The notes beneath the pieces were generated by a model. The model saw only the letters and a list, made by a program, of their open reading frames with translations. It searched no databases and was not told where the DNA came from. A stretch of 64,000 nucleotides of DNA from Ostreococcus lucimarinus (lineage: Eukaryota): NCBI GenBank assembly GCA_000092065.1, contig CP000593.1; one strand, given 5' to 3'. Position numbers and translations under genes: made by a program. Positions within the stretch are counted from its first letter, which is position 1. Every line of letters starts with the position of its first letter. Positions 1 through 9,355 of this stretch are shown one piece after another.

Positions 1-7
1 GGCGGCG

Positions 8-3000
8 ATGGAAGAGACGACGACGACGGAGGCGGCGGCGGCGGCGGCGGACGACGACGCGGACGAACCGCGAGTCGACGCGAACGACGGTTCGGGGAAG
101 GCGGAGAGAATGGATGAGGACGAAGACAGCGATAGCGAAGACGCGGGGATTCGACGACGACGGAGAAAGCGGGCGATGGAGTTGGATGAGGAAGATTACG
201 AATTGCTCGAGGATAACCAAGTCACCGGGTTCAAGCGCAAGGAGAAGAAGAAACGGATTCAGACGGCGGCCGAGCGCGAGGGCGCGAGCGCGGGAGCGAA
301 AGCGCCCGGGACGATCGCCGATCTCGAGCGTGGGTTGTTCGGGGACGACGACGAGGAGGCGGACGCCGGGGGGGAAGCGGCGGCGGACGAGGGCGCGGCG
401 GCTGGGGCGGCGGACGAGGCGGCGAAACCGCCGCCGGCGCAGCAAGGTTTAGGGTACAGCGATGACAGTGAAGACGAGATGGACGACTTCATCGTTCGCG
501 ACGAGACGGATGGCCCGCGAGAGACGAAGGAGGAACGTCAGCGAAGATACGCGTCCGCCATTCCCGGTTTGCGGCGCGATCAGCTCCAAGACGCGGCGGA
601 CATCTTTGGCGACACCGATGAGTTGCATCGTATGTTCGCCGCTCGTAATCGCACTGGTGGCGCCAAAGAAGACGTCGTGGAAGAATTGAGTGAGGACGAA
701 GAGAGTGATGGCGACGAATTGGACACGTTTATCGAAAAGGACGGAGCCACCGAGGAAGACTACGAACAGGCCAAGGCCGCGAGTGATGCGCGAAAAGCGG
801 CCAAGGCGGCGAGAAAGAGTGCAGGGCGAAAGTCATCGGGCGGCGAAACCAAGGATTGGGCATCTCAAACCTTCGAACCGTCCGTCATCAAGGAACAGAT
901 GTTGACTGCGAAGGATGACGCGATTCGTGCGCAAGATTTACCAGAGCGTCAGCAACTCAAGCCACGTCCCGCGCACGCGCCGACGGATTGGGGCATGGAA
1001 GCGATGTGGATTTTTGATCGCATCATGGGTAGAGACTCGATCCAAAACAAGCCGACCGTGGAAGGTTATTCCCTTCTGTACGGGGTGGCAGATTACGAAA
1101 ACGAAAACGACCGCAACAATCGACAAGAGCAAATTGCAGGCCTGCAGGAAAGTTTGCCGCAAGAAGAAGAAGAGGAAATCACGCGATGCATCGCGTTATT
1201 ACTCACTCTCACTTTTGACCACCACTTGGAGATTCCGTACATCGTCTCGCAACGTCGCGATGATTTGCTGCCTCTGTTGCGAGGGCGCGCCGAGGAAGCG
1301 CGTCCGGCGCTGACTGAGGATGGCGACAACTACCAACGACTTCTGAGACGTTTCGATGTCATCGATGCCATAATGGAATGGGACGAACGATACGTGAAAC
1401 TGGAACTTCGCAAGGCGAGAATCGCGTCGGCGCTTGAACAAGCCGCGAACGAGAAGGGTGAAAGCGAGCAAGGCCACGTCGCACGCCAGTGCATGGAATT
1501 GGTGCGAGTCGCGTACTTGGATAAGCACGTCGACGATGCCGAAGCCAAGGCAAACTTGTTCTTTGCTTCACTCGATGCAAACTCAAAGCTTCGTCGACCG
1601 GGTCGCAAGACGCAATACGACGCGCACGTCAAGCGAGGCATTCGCGACCTCGTCAACATGTCTGGCCCCACCGCGGAAGCTTTCGGCGAAGCCATCAAGA
1701 GTGGAATCCCCAGCGAACTCATGGCAAACTTGACGCCAGAAGATGTTGCCAAGGTGTACTTTGACCAAGGGTATGCGAACAGCGATGAAGTGATGCAGGC
1801 ATTTGTGAACGTGGCGGCGACGGAGATTGGCGCAGAGTCCGAAGTGCGCAAATGGTTCCGGGATGAATTTTTGGGCCATGCCACCATCACGACGCAGCCT
1901 ACGCCGGAAGGCACGGATATCATCGATCCATGGCATCCAATTGCTCCGGTGAAGCGCTTATTGAAGATGCCCGTGTACATTCTCCAAGGTGAACAATTCG
2001 CGCAGATTCTCGAAGGCAAGCGTCGAGGGCTACTCAAGGTCGACATTGGTTTCGGCGACGAGCGCTTGACCAGCGTGATTGAGCGCATGGAAAAAGCGTA
2101 CTTGAGTGAAAGCATGAGTGATCTCGCGTCGACTTGGAACGAAGTACGTCGCAGAGTGATTCGGGCCGCGCTCGAAGAGCACCTACTTCCGACGTTTTCG
2201 CGCGAGACGGCGAGTCAGCTTGCGCTAGATGCAAGAGACGCATTGAATCGCGCGTGCGCTGACGGCGCATGGAACTACATTTGTCACGCCCCTTGGCGTC
2301 CGGCGAACACGGAAGACCAAGATATCGAAGTGCGCGTCGTCGCCGCCGTCTCTGGTTCGCCCGCCACATTCGTCGCGCTCGATTCAGCCGGCGAGCTTGT
2401 CGACTTCATTCAATGTCATACCCTCGGGCGCAACATCGGCGGGCCCGGAAACGTCGGTGGCGCGCAAATGATGAATCAACAGGATGAGATTCAAGCGCTC
2501 ATGGATTTTATCGTTCAACACCGTCCTCACGTGTGTTGCGTCGGCGCGAGCGGTATGGATTCAAAGCGCGTGAAAGAGTCGCTCAACCTTGTCGTCGGTC
2601 GCATCATCGAAGAGCAACCGCGCGCGATTCCAGAAGAAGTTTCCGAAATTGCAGTTCACTTTGTGGACGATTCTGTCGCGAAATTGTGCGAAAACGCGAA
2701 AGAGACCAAGGCAGAGATGCCCGAGCAGCAGCCGTCTGTGTTGCGCGCCGTGGCGTTGGGTAGAGGTCTGCTGAACCCCGCCGCCGTGGTGGCTTCTCTC
2801 GTGAGCGGTGGCGAAGTCGCTTCGTTGAGAATGTGTCCGCTACAAGATTCGATGCTGAGCAAAGACGATCGCGTCGCCATCGTCGAACGCCAGCTCATAA
2901 ACCTTGTGAACCAAGTCGGCGTCGACGTCAACATGGCTAGCGCGCATCCATGGTGCAGCGTGTTGCTTCGTTACGTCGGTGGTCTCGGCCCTCGCAAGGC

Positions 3001-4510
3001 AACCTTAGTGATAAACGCTGTGCGCACGACCGAAGGTGGCGTCGTTGACTCGCGAGAAGATTTGAAATCGGCTTTGGGCGAGGTTGTCTTTAGGAATGCG
3101 GCGAGCTTCTTGCGAATCACCGAGGCGGACATGCTTGATTCCACGCGTTGCCACCCCGAGCGTTACGAGCAAGCGATGGCGATCGTAGTGAATGCTTTAG
3201 AACTCGAGGCCAACCTTGCGGCGATGGATAAGTACGAACGCGAGCGTATCTTACAAAAAGTGTTCGATCCGAAAACGTGGGAGCAAAAGGTGGCGCCGCT
3301 CATCCTCGAAGAGTATGCCGAGTATTTGGAGTCGGAAGGCGCGGGTAAATCTTTGGAGGCACTTCGCGAGATTCGCATAGAGTTCCGTCATCCATTTGAG
3401 GAGCTTCGTCCGCCGTGGATGCCACTCACCGCTGAAGACGAATTCGCTTTACTTACCGGAGAAACCATGCACACGCTGAGCGCGGGTAAACTCATCCAGT
3501 GTACGGTGAAGAAGATTGAAGGTCCTCGTGATGGCCGAGGCGCACGCGCCGTCTGTACACTCGACAGTGGCCTCACTGGTTACGTCGAAAAGTACGACGT
3601 GAGCGACGATCAAAGCTTCAGCCGCATCGAAGAAAAAGTCGCCCTCGGTCAAGTCATCACGGCGCGCGTCAAGCCGGACGGCGTCGACGTGCACAACTTT
3701 TCCGTCCAACTCGCGTGCAGTTCTTCGGCGCTGCATCCCGATGAGACGCTCCAGTGGGAGCAACACTTGCATTACACGGAAGCAAACGGTTACTACAGCA
3801 TGGTGAAGCAGCCGGGCGAGGTGCGATTGAAGAAGCAAAAGTCGAAGAAGGATATGCAAAAGAGAACCTTCGTGCCGCGTAACATCGATCACCCCAACTT
3901 CCAAAACGTCAGTTGGGCAGAAGCCGTGGAACGACTCGATACCGCGGACATCGGAGAAGTCATCATTCGTCCGAGTGGAAGAGGCACGAAAAACATCGAT
4001 TGCTCTATCAAAGTGTACGACGGCGTTGTCTCTAACATCAACATCAAAGAGACAAAGAAGGACTCTGGCGTTGGCAACCTCGGTCTCGGTACTCCGCTCA
4101 TCATCGACGACGAAGAGTACGAAGACTTGGATGAAGTCATGGCGAGACATATCGAACCGATCGTGTCCAACGTCAAGCATATGCTCAAGCACCGCAAGTT
4201 TATGCGCGGATCGGCGGAGGACATCGACAACGCCCTGAAACAGCAACTTGCCCGTAACCCGGGTATCCGCCCGTACGCCCTCGGCGTAGTCGAGCAGCGA
4301 GTGAACAAAGGCATGGTGTTGTTCTGCATCTCATTCATCATGAGTTCCAGTGGTCGTGTGCACCATGAGTACATTAAGGTCATCCCCGCGGGCTTCTACT
4401 ACCGCAAGATGGAGTTCCCGTCCGTCGATCGTATGTTGGCCTACTTCAAAGTCAACTGCTCCAAGCCGCCCCCGGGCGCGCGCGATATGGACAACGGCGG
4501 ATGGAACTAA
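8..4510 (+). CDS. SPT6: Transcription elongation factor Spt6
   Basis: Continuous 1500-aa ORF. It has the acidic D/E-rich N-terminus, an S1 domain (GKLIQCTVKKIEGPRDGRGARAVCTLDSGLTGYV) and a C-terminal SH2-like motif (WAEAVERLD...GEVIIRPSGRGTKNIDCSIKVYDGVVSNINIKE), all typical of Spt6. The ATG at 8 may not be the true N-terminus; the gene could extend upstream of the window. Confidence 0.85.
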   Translation: MEETTTTEAAAAAADDDADEPRVDANDGSGKAERMDEDEDSDSEDAGIRRRRRKRAMELDEEDYELLEDNQVTGFKRKEKKKRIQTAAEREGASAGAKAPGTIADLERGLFGDDDEEADAGGEAAADEGAAAGAADEAAKPPPAQQGLGYSDDSEDEMDDFIVRDETDGPRETKEERQRRYASAIPGLRRDQLQDAADIFGDTDELHRMFAARNRTGGAKEDVVEELSEDEESDGDELDTFIEKDGATEEDYEQAKAASDARKAAKAARKSAGRKSSGGETKDWASQTFEPSVIKEQMLTAKDDAIRAQDLPERQQLKPRPAHAPTDWGMEAMWIFDRIMGRDSIQNKPTVEGYSLLYGVADYENENDRNNRQEQIAGLQESLPQEEEEEITRCIALLLTLTFDHHLEIPYIVSQRRDDLLPLLRGRAEEARPALTEDGDNYQRLLRRFDVIDAIMEWDERYVKLELRKARIASALEQAANEKGESEQGHVARQCMELVRVAYLDKHVDDAEAKANLFFASLDANSKLRRPGRKTQYDAHVKRGIRDLVNMSGPTAEAFGEAIKSGIPSELMANLTPEDVAKVYFDQGYANSDEVMQAFVNVAATEIGAESEVRKWFRDEFLGHATITTQPTPEGTDIIDPWHPIAPVKRLLKMPVYILQGEQFAQILEGKRRGLLKVDIGFGDERLTSVIERMEKAYLSESMSDLASTWNEVRRRVIRAALEEHLLPTFSRETASQLALDARDALNRACADGAWNYICHAPWRPANTEDQDIEVRVVAAVSGSPATFVALDSAGELVDFIQCHTLGRNIGGPGNVGGAQMMNQQDEIQALMDFIVQHRPHVCCVGASGMDSKRVKESLNLVVGRIIEEQPRAIPEEVSEIAVHFVDDSVAKLCENAKETKAEMPEQQPSVLRAVALGRGLLNPAAVVASLVSGGEVASLRMCPLQDSMLSKDDRVAIVERQLINLVNQVGVDVNMASAHPWCSVLLRYVGGLGPRKATLVINAVRTTEGGVVDSREDLKSALGEVVFRNAASFLRITEADMLDSTRCHPERYEQAMAIVVNALELEANLAAMDKYERERILQKVFDPKTWEQKVAPLILEEYAEYLESEGAGKSLEALREIRIEFRHPFEELRPPWMPLTAEDEFALLTGETMHTLSAGKLIQCTVKKIEGPRDGRGARAVCTLDSGLTGYVEKYDVSDDQSFSRIEEKVALGQVITARVKPDGVDVHNFSVQLACSSSALHPDETLQWEQHLHYTEANGYYSMVKQPGEVRLKKQKSKKDMQKRTFVPRNIDHPNFQNVSWAEAVERLDTADIGEVIIRPSGRGTKNIDCSIKVYDGVVSNINIKETKKDSGVGNLGLGTPLIIDDEEYEDLDEVMARHIEPIVSNVKHMLKHRKFMRGSAEDIDNALKQQLARNPGIRPYALGVVEQRVNKGMVLFCISFIMSSSGRVHHEYIKVIPAGFYYRKMEFPSVDRMLAYFKVNCSKPPPGARDMDNGGWN

Positions 4511-4515
4511 TCAGC

Positions 4516-4556
4516 ACACACACACAAACACACACAAACACACAAAACAAAAAACC
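4516..4556. repeat. CA-rich microsatellite (cacacacacaaacacacacaaacacacaaaacaaaaaac) in the Spt6 3' / Spo11 5' intergenic
   Basis: Directly visible simple repeat immediately after the Spt6 stop codon. Confidence 0.8.
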
Positions 4557-4688
4557 TACATTAGTAAATACGTTGCAATCACGACGCGTACAAATCTTAG
4601 CATCTTAGCGATTCGGCCTCCGAGACGGCCCTCGACCGCACACTCCCGCGCGACCGGTTTCGTGCCGACGCGCGACGTCTCGCCGCGC

Positions 4689-6065
4689 ATGACTGACGAC
4701 CTCGAATGCGTCGATTTCGCGCCCCCGCGCTCGCCCGCGACGCTCGAGCACGACGGTGGACGATTCTTTGACGACGATTCGCAAGACTTTGCAAACTTTG
4801 TCGGCGACGGCGACGACGAGGACGAGGACGACGTGTTCGATACCGTATTCTCCGCGCAAACCCGCATGCGCGCGCGCGTACTGGAGCGCATTGAGTTACT
4901 TGCGTGTAAGTTCGCGCAGGACGCCCTGCGCGCGGGCGATGGTGCGAGTGGGGGAATGCCCGTCGTGCGCGGCGATCGCCTCTCGAGATCGAATCGGCGC
5001 TACGAGAACGGGGAGGCGATCGATGAGGATGACCCGAGCGATAGCGACGAGAACGACGACATCGGAGGCAAAAGAAACGATGAATCACGAACATCTTGCG
5101 TTGTCGCCAGGTTTACGGGCGATGGAAACGCGTACGAGCGGTTTTGGGATGTTTTGAGCGTGCTCGCCAACGCGTTGCGACGGACCGATTGCGAGAGCGG
5201 CATGTCGCTGCGCGAGCTTTATTACGTGATGAATAGTCGCGGTCGACGCGGTGGTTGGCCAAGTGGTTCGACGCAAACGCGCGTGACGGAACATCAAATC
5301 GCGGCGACGATTCGGAAAATATCACAAGCTCTGGGTGCGCCCAGAATTGCCCTCGGAATCGTTGCGGCTTCGAAGGGGCAGGTGGCTGGTCGATGTCACA
5401 TCGAAACCGCCTCGGGCGCTCGATTCGATTGCACCGCGTGCGGGAACGATGGGTGGGCAATTACGGGTGATTTATTTGAGCTCGACGCGACGAAGATTCA
5501 CAGCGACGCAGCGTACGTGATCGTCGTAGAGAAGGACGCCGTGTTTAATCGTTTGTGCGCCGAACGCGTCTTTGAAAAGTTGCCGTGCGTGCTCGTCACA
5601 GCGAAAGGATTTCCAGATTTGGCGACTAGGAAATTTCTCCACTTGTTGCGACGCGCGCTCGAGGACAACGACCGCGGGAACGAGGCGCAGTTTTTCGGGC
5701 TCGTCGATTGGAATCCGTCGGGTTGCTGGATTCTGTCTACGTACACAGTCGGAAACTCGTCGAGCGCAATGGACGTGTCAGAATACGTCACGCCGCTGAA
5801 ATGGATCGGTTTACGTTCGCAAGATTTGTATTTGATCCCCGAGTGCGCGTTTCAGGCGTTGTCGAGCCGAGACGAGGCGATGATTAACAACGCGCTGAAC
5901 GAAACCGCGGCGACGCATCCGCTGAGACCTTTCGCGAGCGAGTTAGAAGTGATGCAGGCGCGAGGTCAGAAGGCTGAGATCGAAGCGTTATACGCGAATG
6001 ATGACATCTCTTTCTTGCTCACCGACTTCGTGTCGTCCAAGATTGCGGCGTTCGAGGAGGAGTGA
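4689..6065 (+). CDS. SPO11: Meiotic DSB topoisomerase-like Spo11 / TopoVI subunit A
   Basis: Candidate catalytic-Tyr motif SLRELYYVM, and a TOPRIM region YVIVVEKDAVFNRLCAERVFEKLPCVLVTAKGFPDLATRKFL matching the Spo11/TopVIA signature. The six-frame ORF begins at 4350, but the first sensible ATG (MTDDLECVDF) is at 4689. Confidence 0.8.
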   Translation: MTDDLECVDFAPPRSPATLEHDGGRFFDDDSQDFANFVGDGDDEDEDDVFDTVFSAQTRMRARVLERIELLACKFAQDALRAGDGASGGMPVVRGDRLSRSNRRYENGEAIDEDDPSDSDENDDIGGKRNDESRTSCVVARFTGDGNAYERFWDVLSVLANALRRTDCESGMSLRELYYVMNSRGRRGGWPSGSTQTRVTEHQIAATIRKISQALGAPRIALGIVAASKGQVAGRCHIETASGARFDCTACGNDGWAITGDLFELDATKIHSDAAYVIVVEKDAVFNRLCAERVFEKLPCVLVTAKGFPDLATRKFLHLLRRALEDNDRGNEAQFFGLVDWNPSGCWILSTYTVGNSSSAMDVSEYVTPLKWIGLRSQDLYLIPECAFQALSSRDEAMINNALNETAATHPLRPFASELEVMQARGQKAEIEALYANDDISFLLTDFVSSKIAAFEEE

Positions 6066-6180
6066 CGGCGCGTCTTCATCGTAAATCTTTCCAATCATAT
6101 AGTATTACCATTCGTTCGTTTTCATTCGCGCTTAAAAATCATATCAACTGTTTTACTGTACGCATCACATCGCATCGCAT

Positions 6181-7218
6181 TTATTCATCCGTCGCGCGCT
6201 CGTCGGCGTCCAAGTTATCGAGCGAAAAGGTTTGCTCGGCCTCGTACGTTTGGTACGCTTTTCGCGCCATTTCTTCGAGTTCTCCGCCGCACAATTCTGA
6301 AATCTCGCGCCAGAGCGGCTTAGGAAGCTGAATCACTTGTTTCAGCGACAACTCCTTGGCTGCGGCGACTGGAAACCACACCCCACGCTCGCACTCGCTC
6401 TCTAGCTGCCCGGGCGCCCAGCCGCAATATCGGGCGAAAAATTTAAATTCGTCGGCGTGACACGTCGAGCCGTCTTGCTGCACCAATTCACACGCGCTGT
6501 CGTAGCCGCCGAGATACACCCCGGGTAAGACCTCGACGCTCCCCTTCACGTCCTCTCTGCCGTGCAAAAAACTCACGGTGCCATCGCCGACGTCACCGCC
6601 AAAATACAACGCGTTCTTCGCGAACGGCCCGTTTGCTTCCCCGCTCACGTACCCCATGTCGTACTGCGTCGGCCGGTTCAAAATAACCCCCATCGACCCA
6701 TTCTCGTGATGTTCGAGCACCAAGATGACCGCTTGATGAAAATACTGCTGCGACATCCTAAACTCGTGATCGGCCGCGACGAGCAAGCACCCCTTCTCCG
6801 GCGCGCCGATGACGTGCGCCCACGGCGCCGACGCCGCCAGCCTCGGATTTTGCGTCTCCAGCACCTTCAAATTTTCCTCCGACACCGCCGCCGCGCGCGC
6901 CCGCTCTTCCTCCGGCGTCACCGCGCGCTCGCGCGCCAACAACTGCGCCCGAAATTCCCGCCAATCGCTCTCCAGCGCCGGCGCCACGTCCTGCGTTCGT
7001 CGCTCCGCGCGCGTCCTCGTCAGTCCCCCATCGTCCCTCGCCCCCACCGCGCGCGTCGCGTCGTCCCGCGCGCGTCGCGTCGTCGCGTCATCACGCACGT
7101 CGCTCTCCGGCGCGCCCTCGCCCTTCGCCGCGCGCGTCGTCCGCCGTCGTCGTCGCGCGCGTCCGCATCGCGACGCGACCACCGTCGTCGTCGTCATCGC
7201 GCGTCCCGTCGTCGCCAT
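6181..7218 (-). CDS. UPF0301 / DUF179 (YqgE/AlgH family) protein, probably organelle-targeted
   Basis: Core GVILNRPT...LYFGGDV...GYSGWAPGQLE-like motifs of the AlgH/DUF179 family. An SDWREFRAQL motif matches plant plastid DUF179 proteins. The N-terminus is R/T-rich. Confidence 0.65.
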   Translation of the reverse strand: MATTGRAMTTTTVVASRCGRARRRRRTTRAAKGEGAPESDVRDDATTRRARDDATRAVGARDDGGLTRTRAERRTQDVAPALESDWREFRAQLLARERAVTPEEERARAAAVSEENLKVLETQNPRLAASAPWAHVIGAPEKGCLLVAADHEFRMSQQYFHQAVILVLEHHENGSMGVILNRPTQYDMGYVSGEANGPFAKNALYFGGDVGDGTVSFLHGREDVKGSVEVLPGVYLGGYDSACELVQQDGSTCHADEFKFFARYCGWAPGQLESECERGVWFPVAAAKELSLKQVIQLPKPLWREISELCGGELEEMARKAYQTYEAEQTFSLDNLDADERATDE

Positions 7219-7744
7219 CGCGCGCGGTCGGCGCGCCGATCGACGGCGTCGTCGTCGTCGTCGTCGCGTTCGCGTCCGTCGCGACGCGCGCGCCGCCGTC
7301 GTCGCGCGTCGCGATGCGCGCGCGTCGCCGCGACGAACGGTCGACGTCGTCGCGCGCGGTGTTTAGCTATCCATATACCATAGCATAGATACCGCAAACG
7401 TATCCTGAAATACAGCGTTACGTGCGTTGTACGTGACGGGAGTATTTAATGACGAACCGTCGATGGGACTCCAGACGTTTACAATACGATGTGGGACGTC
7501 ATAAAATTTAGAGGCCGCGCGCGGCGCCGACGCGCGGTCGTTGCGCGCGCGTCGCGCGTCGCGCGTCGCTCGTCGTCGCGCGCGTCGCGCGTCGCGCGTC
7601 CCCGCGCGCGGCGCCATGCGCGGCGGCGCGCGCCGCGACGGACGACCGCCGCGCGGCGCGAACGACGACGGCATCGACGATGATTTCGACGACGACGTCG
7701 AGCCGCCGCTTCGCGCGACGACGAAATCGCCGGTGCGGTTCGGC
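7219..7744. promoter_or_regulatory. Divergent (bidirectional) promoter region between the minus-strand DUF179 gene and the plus-strand TMEM135-like gene; contains the least GC-rich stretch of the region (7370-7500)
   Basis: Head-to-head gene arrangement. The local drop in GC (ccatataccatagcatagataccgcaaacgtatcc...) is typical of a core promoter in a GC-rich genome. This is inference. Confidence 0.35.
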
Positions 7745-9217
7745 ATGGCGCCGCACCCGACGCTGTGCGCGTCCGTGCCGGAGGATCTGAAGAATTACGG
7801 CCGGCGCGGGCGCGCGAGCGCCGGGACGCATCGGTGTCCGTGCGCGCACGCGGCGCGGGACGAGACGCGGGACGACGACGACGCGAGGACGTGCGCGGGA
7901 AGCGCGATGGAAACGGCGCGGCGAGGGTTCGCGGCGGCGTACGCGACGCGGGCGGGGATAAGTTTGGCGGCGCACGTCGTCAGGACGCTCAGGCGCGGGT
8001 CGGCGAGGAAGTGCTTGGATTTGGGTCACCTGGTGGGGGAGGAGACGTTGAGGTATCGGGAAGACGCGGCGCGGTTCGGATTGTTCGCGGGCGGGTTCGC
8101 GGGGACGTACTCGGCGACGCGGTGTTGGCTGTGTTACGTCACGGCGCCGAGCGGGGGGGAGGAGGGCGCGGAGACGGTGGAGAAGGGCGCGGAAAAGGGC
8201 GCGGACGCCGTCGTCGAGCGGTCGGCGAGGGAGCCGTTCACGCCCGAGTCCGCGGCGTCCATCGCGGGCGGCGTCGCGGGGCTGTCCATATTCTTCCTCA
8301 AACCGAAGTATCGTCGCGCGTTTTCGCTGTATCTTCTCGCCAAGCTCGCGCAGGCGAGCTGGGCGAGCGCGCAGAAGGAGCATCCTTGGATGAAGGAGCG
8401 AGGTCCGGCGGCGTGGAGGCACACGAATTTCGCGCTCTTCACGCTTTCGTCCGCGCAAATCATGTACGCGTACGTCATGCGACCCGATACGCTCGATCCA
8501 GGGTTTTGGAACTTTATCGTGAACGCCGGGCCGATCGACAAGCAGACGCTCGGCGCCGTGCGCGAGAGCGTGCGAAGCGGCGCGAGCGCCGCCGTGGTGG
8601 GGTGCGACCACACGCACGGAAGCACGGGCGCGCTGTGGTGCTCATCCCACGTCGCTGCGTCATCGTTTTCCACTTTCAAAAAGTGTTTTCCGTTTTACTT
8701 TTCGATTCATTACGTGCCATACGTGGTTCTTAATTTAAGCAAAGCGGTGCAGAAGCCGCTGTCGACGCTGTATCGCGCGACCAAGGCGACGGTGCGCTCG
8801 TCCACGATGATTTCCACGTACGTTGGTTTATATATGAGCACGGTGTGTTTGCATCGAAACTCCGGTCTCCGCGATCACCGCGCGCTGTACTATCTCGCCG
8901 GGGTCGTCGCCAGCGGCGCGTTGTTGGTCGAAGACGAAGGCAGGCGCACCGACTTGACTCTTTGGATTGTACCGCGCGCCGTTGATTCCCTCGTATTAGT
9001 CTTGGTGCGCAAAGGCATACTTCCGCACGTCGCGAATTTCGAAAGTTATTTATTCGCTCTCGTGATGAGCGGCGTGATGAACCTTTACGAGAGAGAACCG
9101 GACGTGTTGGAGCGCAATTTAACGCGCTTCATCGCTCGCTTCGTCGAACCGCCGACGGCGACCAGTGTCGGGCGCTTATCGAGCATCTCCCGCGACGCCA
9201 GCGTCTCGCTCATGTGA
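7541..9217 (+). CDS. Multi-pass membrane protein, TMEM135-like (Tim17-family peroxisomal membrane protein); start uncertain
   Basis: Several predicted TM helices, with Cys/His-spaced N- and C-terminal regions resembling TMEM135. Alternative starts lie at 7616 (MRGGAR) and 7745 (MAPHPT). Confidence 0.4.
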   Translation: MRARRASRVARRRARRASRVPARGAMRGGARRDGRPPRGANDDGIDDDFDDDVEPPLRATTKSPVRFGMAPHPTLCASVPEDLKNYGRRGRASAGTHRCPCAHAARDETRDDDDARTCAGSAMETARRGFAAAYATRAGISLAAHVVRTLRRGSARKCLDLGHLVGEETLRYREDAARFGLFAGGFAGTYSATRCWLCYVTAPSGGEEGAETVEKGAEKGADAVVERSAREPFTPESAASIAGGVAGLSIFFLKPKYRRAFSLYLLAKLAQASWASAQKEHPWMKERGPAAWRHTNFALFTLSSAQIMYAYVMRPDTLDPGFWNFIVNAGPIDKQTLGAVRESVRSGASAAVVGCDHTHGSTGALWCSSHVAASSFSTFKKCFPFYFSIHYVPYVVLNLSKAVQKPLSTLYRATKATVRSSTMISTYVGLYMSTVCLHRNSGLRDHRALYYLAGVVASGALLVEDEGRRTDLTLWIVPRAVDSLVLVLVRKGILPHVANFESYLFALVMSGVMNLYEREPDVLERNLTRFIARFVEPPTATSVGRLSSISRDASVSLM

Positions 9218-9355
9218 AAGTATATATTCGTGTTGTCCACACTCATCGTCTCAGCCTCGCCGCGTCGCGTTCGACGCGACTCGCGCGTTCGCGGCGTCCC
9301 GTTCGCGGCGCCCCGCGCGGGCTTCACACGCCGCCGCGCCCGAACGCCGCGCGCG

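Noticed and set aside
4681-4750. A GACTGACG branch-like motif at the very start of the Spo11 CDS (ATGACTGACGAC), which could indicate a 5' intron
   Set aside because: The motif coincides with the codons M-T-D-D of a sensible N-terminus. No upstream exon with homology is needed, and there is no frame problem to fix, so I judge it coincidental.
7508-8617. Long antisense ORFs with Arg/Ala/Pro-rich translations. Examples: 7508-8617(-), 12779-13393(-), 15775-17148(+), 24925-26148(-), 24993-26192(-), 35661-36539(-), 37332-38576(-), 43480-44457(+), 43703-44620(+), 44190-45227(-), 46491-47474(+), 57342-58673(+), 57842-58681(-), 60676-61305(-).
   Set aside because: They overlap genes with clear homology on the other strand. 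They translate to RRRARR/PRP-type low complexity, as expected from GCG/CGC-rich DNA. Many of them start with non-ATG codons in the supplied track. I treat them as composition artefacts, not genes.
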